Part shown: one piece after another, positions 19,241 to 26,114 of the stretch
Numbering within the stretch: position 1 is the stretch's first letter
Layout of the letters: each line of letters starts with the position of its first letter
DNA from: Gammaproteobacteria bacterium
GTDB taxonomy: Bacteria > Pseudomonadota > Gammaproteobacteria > Ga0077536
Assembly (NCBI GenBank): GCA_041984235.1
Contig: JBHIYN010000001.1
Span: 164,985-228,984 of the forward strand
Direction: 5' to 3'
Length of the DNA stretch: 64,000 nt
Program-made: the position numbers and the translations under genes
The notes under the pieces: model-generated
Told to the model about the DNA's origin: nothing
The model's input: the letters and a program-made list of their open reading frames with translations, nothing else
Database searches by the model: none

Positions 19241-19504
19241 TCAGGCGATGTCCGGATGGGTGGCGATGAAGTGCTTCATCACGCTCGTCAGCTTCTCGAC
19301 CTCGGCGCTGTCGCCGCGGCTGGCGGCGGCCGCGATGTCGTCCAGGATCATGCGCTTGATCATGCGCTCTCCGGCTTCGCTCTCGCACAGGTAGGCGGCC
19401 AGCTCGGCGGCGATGATCGGCGGCACGTGCTCGTGCTCGGCAATGGCGTCGAGCTCGTCCTCGGTCAGGTGCAGGTACTCGATGCAGTCACGCAGACAAA
19501 TCAT
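19241..19504 (-). CDS. hypothetical small acidic protein (87 aa)
   Basis: An intact ORF with an acidic, helical-looking sequence ('LTEDELDAIAEHEHVPPIIAAELAAYLCESEAGE'). It lies between the alpha/beta hydrolase and ABM genes on the same strand. Family not recognised. Confidence 0.45.
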   Translation of the reverse strand: MICLRDCIEYLHLTEDELDAIAEHEHVPPIIAAELAAYLCESEAGERMIKRMILDDIAAAASRGDSAEVEKLTSVMKHFIATHPDIA

Positions 19505-19580
19505 GGCTCACTCCCCCGGGCCGCCCACGGGCCAGATGTAACCCGATTTTCACATTTTCGTCATGATCCATGTCATGCGT

Positions 19581-19614
19581 GGCGGGATGCATTGCATCGC
19601 AACAATGCATCCCG
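19581..19614. promoter_or_regulatory. perfect 13-bp inverted repeat hairpin 'gcgggatgcattg-catcgcaa-caatgcatcccgc'
   Basis: It starts 8 nt downstream of the hydrolase stop on the minus strand. It is followed on the minus strand by an AT-rich stretch (19530..19580) that is a likely promoter for the small-protein gene. Confidence 0.4.
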
Positions 19615-19621
19615 CCGCGGC

Positions 19622-20419
19622 TCAGGCGACGCGCGCGATGAAGGCCTCGAGATCGGCGTTGAACGCGGCCGGGTTCTCGAGCTGGCAGAAGTGCGCGATG
19701 TCCTTGTACATCTTGATCTCGGCGTCGGGGATGTTGTCGGCGAGGAAGCGGTTGTGCTCGGGCGTGGTCGCGCCGTCTTCTTCGCCGGCGATGATCAGCG
19801 TCGGCTGGGTGATGTCCTTGAGGCGAGCGGAGATGTTCCAGTTGAACACGCCGTTCGGATCGGCCGCGCTGGCCCAGAACACGCCCTCGGTGAAGTTGCT
19901 CTCGGTGCGGAAGCAGCCCTGCATGAAGGCCTGGATCTCCGGTCGCTCGGCCTTGGACTTCGCCGAGACCGCGCTGTCGAGCAGGCCGCTGAAGACCGCG
20001 CGCCAGTCCTTCTGCATCGCCTCGGCGACCTCCGGCGGGGTGTCGGCGCCGATGTTCGTGCCGCTGCTCAGAATCAGGTTGGCGATGACGCGCTCGGGTG
20101 CGTCGAGGCTGGTCTGCATGGCGATCATGCCGCCGATGGAGTTGCCGACCAGGATTGCGCGGTCGATGCCGGCGTCGTCCAGAATGGCGACGACGTCGGC
20201 GGCCATCTCGCTGATGGCATAGCCGTCGGCCGGCTTGTCGGACTGGCCGTGGCCGCGGTGATCGACCGCGATGCAGCGGTGCCGCTGCGCGAACACCGGC
20301 AGCTGGAAGGTCCACACAAAACGATTGGTGCTCCAGGGATGCAGGAACACCAGCGCGGGATCGCCCGCGCCGAAGCTTTCGTAGAACACCTTGACGCCGT
20401 TACGGTTGATATGGGGCAT
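19622..20419 (-). CDS. alpha/beta-fold hydrolase
   Basis: The nucleophile-elbow motif 'GNSIGG' and 'VFLHPWSTNRFVW...HRGHGQSD' are present. An AGGAGAGG SD precedes the ATG. Confidence 0.8.
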   Translation of the reverse strand: MPHINRNGVKVFYESFGAGDPALVFLHPWSTNRFVWTFQLPVFAQRHRCIAVDHRGHGQSDKPADGYAISEMAADVVAILDDAGIDRAILVGNSIGGMIAMQTSLDAPERVIANLILSSGTNIGADTPPEVAEAMQKDWRAVFSGLLDSAVSAKSKAERPEIQAFMQGCFRTESNFTEGVFWASAADPNGVFNWNISARLKDITQPTLIIAGEEDGATTPEHNRFLADNIPDAEIKMYKDIAHFCQLENPAAFNADLEAFIARVA

Positions 20420-20470
20420 GGGTCGTGACCTCTCCTGTGGTGAAGTGAGCGTTGTGCGGTCGCTGCACGC

Positions 20471-21346
20471 TCAGAGCTTGCCGACGACGCTGTCGCCGAG
20501 CTGGTTGACGTAGTCCAGGATCGCGCTGCGTTCCACGGTGAGCGAGAACAGCTCGTCCGGCGCGGCGGGGAACAGCACGATCAGGCGGTCGACGCCGAGC
20601 TCCGCGTAGCGCCGCGCGGTGTCGAGATCGACGTTGCCCTGCGGGGTCACGCTGATCTCCAGGCGCCCCAGCCCGGCGGGACGCTCGATCTCTTGCGCGG
20701 CCGCCTCCAGCCCGTCGAGACAGGCACGGGTCTGCTCGAGGTCGAGACCGAAGCCGTACCAGCCCTGGCCGTGGCTGACGCTGCGCCGGAACGCGCCGGG
20801 CACGTGGCCGCCGAACACGGCCGGCGGTCCCGGCTGCTGCAGCGGCCGCGGAAAGGCCTTCACGCCCTCGAAGGCGACGAAGCGTCCGTCGTAGGCCGGC
20901 GCGTCTTGGGACCAGATCGCACGCATCGCTTCCAGGTACTCGAGCGTGCGCTCAGCCTTGTGCGCGAAGGGTATGCCGAGCGCGTCGAACTCCGCTTTGA
21001 GGTAGCCGATGCCGATGCCGAACTCCAGGCGGCCGCCACAGAGTACGTCCAGGCTGGCCATTTCCTTGGCCAGCACCAGTGGGTTGCGCTGCGGCAGGAT
21101 GATGATGCCGGTGCCCAGGCGGATGCTGCGCGTCTGCCCGGCGAGCCAGGCAAAACAGATGTTGGGGTCGAGCATCGGGTAGTCGGCGGGCAGCGGCGAG
21201 GGCGGGCGCTGCGGCTCGGGCAGCACGACATGCTCACCAGCCCACAGCGACTCGAATCCCGCCGCCTCGGCTGCCTGTGCGACCTCGATCGAGGCCGCCG
21301 GATCGGCCAGCGGCCCCATGTTGATTCCAAACAGTCCGAGCTTCAT
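20471..21346 (-). CDS. LLM-class F420/flavin-dependent oxidoreductase
   Basis: 'MKLGLFGINMGPLADPAASIEVAQAAEAAGFESLWAGEHVV' is typical. The start is the internal Met of track ORF 20471..21769, with a 'ggggaggggg' SD. Confidence 0.75.
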   Translation of the reverse strand: MKLGLFGINMGPLADPAASIEVAQAAEAAGFESLWAGEHVVLPEPQRPPSPLPADYPMLDPNICFAWLAGQTRSIRLGTGIIILPQRNPLVLAKEMASLDVLCGGRLEFGIGIGYLKAEFDALGIPFAHKAERTLEYLEAMRAIWSQDAPAYDGRFVAFEGVKAFPRPLQQPGPPAVFGGHVPGAFRRSVSHGQGWYGFGLDLEQTRACLDGLEAAAQEIERPAGLGRLEISVTPQGNVDLDTARRYAELGVDRLIVLFPAAPDELFSLTVERSAILDYVNQLGDSVVGKL

Positions 21347-21441
21347 TGACCCCCTCCCCGGGACGACGCGGCGACCGTCAAGGATAGTGCGCAGGCCGCG
21401 CGGCGTCGATTGCCGGCGGGCGACGCGGGCGCGGCGGTGCC

Positions 21442-22080
21442 TCAGCGCCGCCGCCGGCGCCGTGGTTCGCTGCCCGCGACGTTGACCCTGACCCCGCCAC
21501 TGCCGCCACGCAGGCGTGGCAGGCAGAGCGCCACGGCGCAGGACGCGGCGAACCACAGCAGCGCGAGTGCGGCGAGGAAGGCGCGTTGTTTGAATTCCAC
21601 CGTGCGCCGCATCCGCTCGTAGTCCACCAGTCGCCCCGGGTGCGCGTCGAGCTGCACCACTTCGAAGCGCGGCCGCTCGGCGCCCGCGCCGCGCGGCAGG
21701 CGATGATCCTCGTAGCGGGCACGCGACCACAGCGGACTGAACAGCAGGGGTGGCTCGCGCCGCGCCCACACGCGAACGGTCTCGCCGGGCGCGATGACGC
21801 CGCTGCCGAGCGGCACGTGATCGCCGTTGACGACGAACTCCACCGGGCTGCCGGCCAGGCGCAGGCGCAGCTCCTCGTGGCCGAGGAAGCGCAGGTTCCG
21901 GCTGTTGCTGAGCGCGTTGCGGTGTTGCGCCACCGCGACCACCTTGCGCGTCAGTGGCGTGAGCTGGTCGAGGGCGGGGAAGCGCGGTGCCGCGAACAGG
22001 GCCGCGATGCCGAGGAAGACCACGGCGAGCGCGGCGGCGATGGCGAGCTCCCGGCGCCAGCTGCTGCGCCCTGCGTTCAT
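21442..22080 (-). CDS. hypothetical membrane protein (N- and C-terminal transmembrane helices)
   Basis: The last gene of the Mo-hydroxylase operon, starting 9 nt after the MoaD-like stop. Family not recognised. Confidence 0.5.
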   Translation of the reverse strand: MNAGRSSWRRELAIAAALAVVFLGIAALFAAPRFPALDQLTPLTRKVVAVAQHRNALSNSRNLRFLGHEELRLRLAGSPVEFVVNGDHVPLGSGVIAPGETVRVWARREPPLLFSPLWSRARYEDHRLPRGAGAERPRFEVVQLDAHPGRLVDYERMRRTVEFKQRAFLAALALLWFAASCAVALCLPRLRGGSGGVRVNVAGSEPRRRRRR

Positions 22081-22089
22081 CGCGGCGGC

Positions 22090-22338
22090 TCAGCCACCCT
22101 CGATGGCGGGCAGGAAATAGACTTCGCTGTCGCTGCCGACCGGCTGCACGAACCAGTCCTGGAAGATCTCGCCGTCGATGGCCACGGCGAGGCCGCGGCG
22201 CAGGCGCTCGCCGATACCGGGGAAGCGCGCGTCCAGCGCGCGCACCAGCTCGCGCACGTCACCGGCCTCGACCTCGTGTTCGGTCGAGCCGCCGGCGAAC
22301 GTGCGCGCCACTTCCAGGGGCAGGACGACTCGCGCCAT
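22090..22338 (-). CDS. MoaD/ThiS-family ubiquitin-like sulfur-carrier protein
   Basis: An 82-aa protein ending in the diagnostic C-terminal Gly-Gly ('...YFLPAIEGG' then stop). It is immediately downstream of the Mo-hydroxylase large subunit. Confidence 0.7.
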   Translation of the reverse strand: MARVVLPLEVARTFAGGSTEHEVEAGDVRELVRALDARFPGIGERLRRGLAVAIDGEIFQDWFVQPVGSDSEVYFLPAIEGG

Positions 22339-22353
22339 GGCGCGCCGCTGCGT

Positions 22354-24642
22354 TTACTTGCCGTCGAGCGCCTTGAGCAGCTTGGGCGGCGAGATCGGCA
22401 GGTCCGCCAGGCGCACGCCGGTGGCGCGTGACACGGCGTTGGCGACCGCCGCCAGCGGCGGAACGATGGGCACCTCGCCGACGCCGCGCACGCCATAGGG
22501 ATGGCCCGGGTTGGGCACCTCGACCAGCACGGTGTCGATCATCGGCAGGTCGGAAGCGACCGGCACGCGATAGTCGAGGAAGCCGGTGTTCTGCAGCCGC
22601 CCTTCGGCGTCGTAGACGTACTCCTCGTTCAGCGCCCAGCCGATGCCCTGCACGGCGCCGCCCTGCAACTGGCCTTCGACGTAGCTCGGGTGGATGGCCT
22701 TGCCGACGTCCTGGATCGCGGTGTAGCGCAGGATGGTGACGCGGCCGGTCTCCGGATCGACCTCGACGTCGCAGATGTGCGTGCCGAAGCCGGGACCGGC
22801 GCCGTGGGCGTTGATGTTGGCCTTGCCGGAAATCGCACCGCCGGTCTTGTCCGCCATCGCCGCGATGTCGGCGATCGAGAGCGGCTTGTGCTGCTCGGTC
22901 TCAATGCAGCGCGCCTCGCCGTTCTCCCATTCGACCTGGTCGAGGTCGACGTCCCAGATCTTGGCGGCGCGCCGGCGCATGTCGTTGACCGCGTCCTGCG
23001 CGGCCTCGATCACGGCCTTGCCGGTGGCGAAGGTGACGCGCGAGCCGCCGGTCAGCATGGAGAAGGGCACGGACTCGGTGTCCGCCACCAGCGGCTTGAT
23101 GCGGGCGACGTCGATACCGAGCACCTCGGCCGCCATCAGCGCCATGGAGGCACGCGAGCCGCCGATGTCCGGGTTGCCGGTGGCCACGATCACGGTGCCG
23201 TCCTCGTTGACCATGACCTCGGCGCTGGAGGTGCCGCCGATGTTGAACCAGAAACCCGAAGCGATGCCGCGACCCTGGTTCGGCCCCAGCGGCGCGCTCC
23301 AGTGCGGGTGGTCCTTCGCCGCTTCCAGCGTTTCCTTGTACCCGATGCGGCCGAACTTGACGCCGTAGGGCGCCTGCGTGCCTTCCACCGCGGCGTTCTT
23401 CATGCGCAGCTCCAGCGGGTCCATGCCGAGCTGCTGGGCGAGCTCGTCGAGCGCCGACTCGACCGCGAACGCGGCGACCGGCGCGCCGGGTGCACGGTAG
23501 GCGGCGGCCTTGGGCCGGTTGACGACCACGTCCCAGCCGACGCAGGAGACGTCGGTAAGGTTGTACGGCGCGAAGCCGGTCATGCAGCCAAGCGCGACCG
23601 GCGAGCCGGCGAAGGCGCCGGCCTCGTACTCCATCTCGAGCTCGCCCGCGACCAGGGTGCCGTCCTTCTTCGCGCCGATCCTGGCGCGTGCATGGCCGCC
23701 CGAGGTCGGCCCGGTAGCGCGCATGACCTCGTCGCGGGTCATTACCATCTTCACCGGGCGCCCCGCCTGCTTGGCGAGCATGACCGCCAACGGCTCCAGG
23801 TAAACGACGGTCTTGCCGCCGAAGCCGCCGCCGATCTCGGCCGGGATGACCTTGATCCGCGCGGTCTCCATGCCGCACATCTTGGCGACGTAGGCGCGCA
23901 CCATGAACTGGCCCTGGCTGGAGCACCAGATGGTGACCTGGCCGTCGGCCGCGATCGAGGCGACGCAGGCGTGCGGCTCGATGTAGCCCTGGTGCACGGT
24001 CTGGGTGGTGAAGTCGCGCTCGACGATGACGTCGGCCTTGGCGAAGGCCTTGTCCGGGTCGCCGAGGCGGAACTCGGCGCGGTTGGCCACGTTGGAAGCC
24101 TTTTTCGGTTTCGGCTCCACGCCGCCGGTGAACATGTCCTTGTGCAGCACGGGCGCGTTCTTCTTCATCGCCTCGGCCGCGGTCATGACCGGCTTGAGCA
24201 CTTCGTACTCGACCTCGATCAGTTCGGCGGCGCGCTCCGCGATCTGCGGCGAGGTGGCGGCGACGGCCGCGACCGCGTGCCCGTCGTAGAGCACCTTGTC
24301 ACGCGCGATGGTGTTGCGCGACATGTCGTAGAAGCTGACCACCACTTCGCCGACCGCCTTGTCGGACGGGTCGAGCTGCGGCAGGTCCTGCCCGGTGATG
24401 ACGGCTTTCACGCCCTTGAGGCGCAGGGCCTTGTCGATGTTGATCTTCTTGATCTTCGCGTGCGCATGCGGGCTGCGCACGACCTTGCCCCAGATCATGC
24501 CGTTGACTTCGAAATCGGCACCGAAGTTGGCGCGGCCGGTGACCTTGTCGGCGCCGTCCGGTCGCACCGGGCGGGTACCGATGTGGCGGAACTCGCGGCC
24601 GCTGTAATCGATGATCTTCTGGATGTCTTCTTCGTTACCCAT
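22354..24642 (-). CDS. xanthine dehydrogenase / aldehyde oxidase family molybdopterin-binding large subunit (CoxL-like)
   Basis: A 762-aa protein with a typical a/b-hammerhead N-terminus ('VRPDGADKVTGRANFGADF'). The active-site-loop region reads 'AAYRAPGAP', not the 'VAYRCSFR' of form I CO dehydrogenase. Confidence 0.85.
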   Translation of the reverse strand: MGNEEDIQKIIDYSGREFRHIGTRPVRPDGADKVTGRANFGADFEVNGMIWGKVVRSPHAHAKIKKINIDKALRLKGVKAVITGQDLPQLDPSDKAVGEVVVSFYDMSRNTIARDKVLYDGHAVAAVAATSPQIAERAAELIEVEYEVLKPVMTAAEAMKKNAPVLHKDMFTGGVEPKPKKASNVANRAEFRLGDPDKAFAKADVIVERDFTTQTVHQGYIEPHACVASIAADGQVTIWCSSQGQFMVRAYVAKMCGMETARIKVIPAEIGGGFGGKTVVYLEPLAVMLAKQAGRPVKMVMTRDEVMRATGPTSGGHARARIGAKKDGTLVAGELEMEYEAGAFAGSPVALGCMTGFAPYNLTDVSCVGWDVVVNRPKAAAYRAPGAPVAAFAVESALDELAQQLGMDPLELRMKNAAVEGTQAPYGVKFGRIGYKETLEAAKDHPHWSAPLGPNQGRGIASGFWFNIGGTSSAEVMVNEDGTVIVATGNPDIGGSRASMALMAAEVLGIDVARIKPLVADTESVPFSMLTGGSRVTFATGKAVIEAAQDAVNDMRRRAAKIWDVDLDQVEWENGEARCIETEQHKPLSIADIAAMADKTGGAISGKANINAHGAGPGFGTHICDVEVDPETGRVTILRYTAIQDVGKAIHPSYVEGQLQGGAVQGIGWALNEEYVYDAEGRLQNTGFLDYRVPVASDLPMIDTVLVEVPNPGHPYGVRGVGEVPIVPPLAAVANAVSRATGVRLADLPISPPKLLKALDGK

Positions 24643-24645
24643 CGC

Positions 24646-25122
24646 TCATGCTCCTCGCATTTCAGCCGCGGCGTTCATGACCGCGCGAATGATCTTGTCG
24701 TAGCCGGTGCAGCGGCACAGGTTGCCGGCGAGCCAGTAGCGCGCCTCGGTCTCGGTCGGGTCCGGGTTCGCCTCGAGCAGCGCCTTGGCGGCGACGATGA
24801 AGCCCGGCGTGCAGATACCGCACTGCAGGCCGGCTTCCTCGAGGAAGTGACGCTGCACCGGGTGCAGCTCCTCGCCCTCGGCGACGCCTTCGATGGTCTC
24901 GATGCTGGCGCCCTCGGCCTCGGCACCGAGCACCAGGCAGGAACAGACCAGGCGTCCGTTCATCATGATGCTGCACGCGCCGCAGTCGCCCGAAGCGCAG
25001 CCCTCCTTGCTGCCGGTCAGGCCGAGTTCGTCACGCAGGCAGTCGAGCAGGGTCTGCTCGGTGTCGCACAGGAACTCGGCCGGGTCGCCGTTGATGGTCG
25101 TGGTGACGTGATGTTTGGCCAT
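24646..25122 (-). CDS. (2Fe-2S)-binding small subunit of a Mo hydroxylase (CoxS-like)
   Basis: Two [2Fe-2S] cysteine clusters are present: 'CASGDCGACSIMMNGRLVCSC' and 'CGICTPG...CRCTGY'. Confidence 0.9.
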   Translation of the reverse strand: MAKHHVTTTINGDPAEFLCDTEQTLLDCLRDELGLTGSKEGCASGDCGACSIMMNGRLVCSCLVLGAEAEGASIETIEGVAEGEELHPVQRHFLEEAGLQCGICTPGFIVAAKALLEANPDPTETEARYWLAGNLCRCTGYDKIIRAVMNAAAEMRGA

Positions 25123-25137
25123 GTCTCGGGATGCTCC

Positions 25138-26007
25138 TTATGCGCCGCGCGCGCGTTCGAGTGCAATCAGCGCCGCGCGGCGCGCCAGCACGCCGGCGAC
25201 GCGGGTGCGGTACTCGGCAGTGCCGCGCTTGTCGTCGATCGGCTTGCACGCGGCGCTGGCCGCGGCGGCCAGGGCGGCCAGCGCGTCGTCGTCCAGCGTG
25301 GTGCCGATGATGGCCTTCGCCGCTTCCTTGACCAGCAGCGGGCGCGGCGCGACCGCGCCCAGGGCGACGCGTGCGTCGGACACCACGCCCTTGGCGTCCA
25401 GGGTCAGGCTGACCGCGGCGCCGACCACGGCGATGTCCATCTCGGTGCGCGGGATGAAGCGCAGGTAGGCATCGCCCGAGCGCCGCGGGCGCTTGGGCAG
25501 GAAGAAGCTGACCACGAACTCGCCTTTCTTCAGCGAGGTCTTGCCCGGGCCGGTGACGATGTCCTCGACCTTGGCGGTGCGCGTGCCCTTGGCGCCGGCG
25601 ATCTTGCAGGTCGCGCCGGCCGCGATCAGGCCCGGTACGCTGTCGGCGGCGGGTGAGCCATTGCACAGGTTGCCGCCGAGCGAGGCGCGGCCCTGGATCT
25701 GGGTCGAGCCGATCAGCTCGAGTCCCTCGACCACGCCGGGCCAGGCCTTGCGCACCGCCTTGTTGGCGCCGAGCTCGGCACCCGACACGGCAGCGCCGAT
25801 ACGGAAGCCGTTCTTCTCGCGTTTGACCTCGCGCAGCTCGGGTATGTGCTTGATGTCGACGATGAGGCCGGGGCGGGTACGCCCGGCGCGCAATTGCACG
25901 AGGAGGTCGGTCCCTCCCGCGAGCACCTTGGCCTTGCCCTTGGCGCCGGACAGCGTGCGTACGGCTTCACGCACGGTCTGCGGCGCAGCGAATTGAATTT
26001 CTGCCAC
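25138..26007 (-). CDS. FAD-binding medium subunit of a Mo hydroxylase (CoxM-like)
   Basis: FAD-binding PCMH-type motifs 'VLAGGTDLLVQL' and 'ASLGGNLCNGSPAADS' are present. Confidence 0.85.
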   Translation of the reverse strand: MAEIQFAAPQTVREAVRTLSGAKGKAKVLAGGTDLLVQLRAGRTRPGLIVDIKHIPELREVKREKNGFRIGAAVSGAELGANKAVRKAWPGVVEGLELIGSTQIQGRASLGGNLCNGSPAADSVPGLIAAGATCKIAGAKGTRTAKVEDIVTGPGKTSLKKGEFVVSFFLPKRPRRSGDAYLRFIPRTEMDIAVVGAAVSLTLDAKGVVSDARVALGAVAPRPLLVKEAAKAIIGTTLDDDALAALAAAASAACKPIDDKRGTAEYRTRVAGVLARRAALIALERARGA

Positions 26008-26114
26008 GTTCCCCTCGATCCAGACGATTGACGAAGCCTCCTATCTTACACACCTTCGATGACGGCGACAGATGCAAAGCCGTGCATATCCGCGGCCGTT
26101 CGGCGGGCCTGCGC

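Noticed and set aside
19622-21346. The LLM oxidoreductase (stop at 20471) and the hydrolase (start 20419) are in the same frame with 17 sense codons between them, and a Cys sits two residues after the TGA.
   Set aside because: The LLM protein ends at its normal C-terminus. The linker carries a strong AGGAGAGG SD for the hydrolase. There is no thioredoxin-like or other redox context.
21442-25122. In-frame stop/start chains run through CoxS, CoxL, the MoaD-like gene and the membrane protein (CoxM's own stop is TAA).
   Set aside because: The CoxL stop is TAA. The MoaD-like protein must end in a free Gly-Gly. These are ordinary translationally coupled junctions.
22354-26007. Whether the coxMSL-like operon is a form I aerobic CO dehydrogenase.
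   Set aside because: The large-subunit active-site loop reads AAYRAPGAP, not the VAYRCSFR signature. No coxDEFG-like accessory genes are present.
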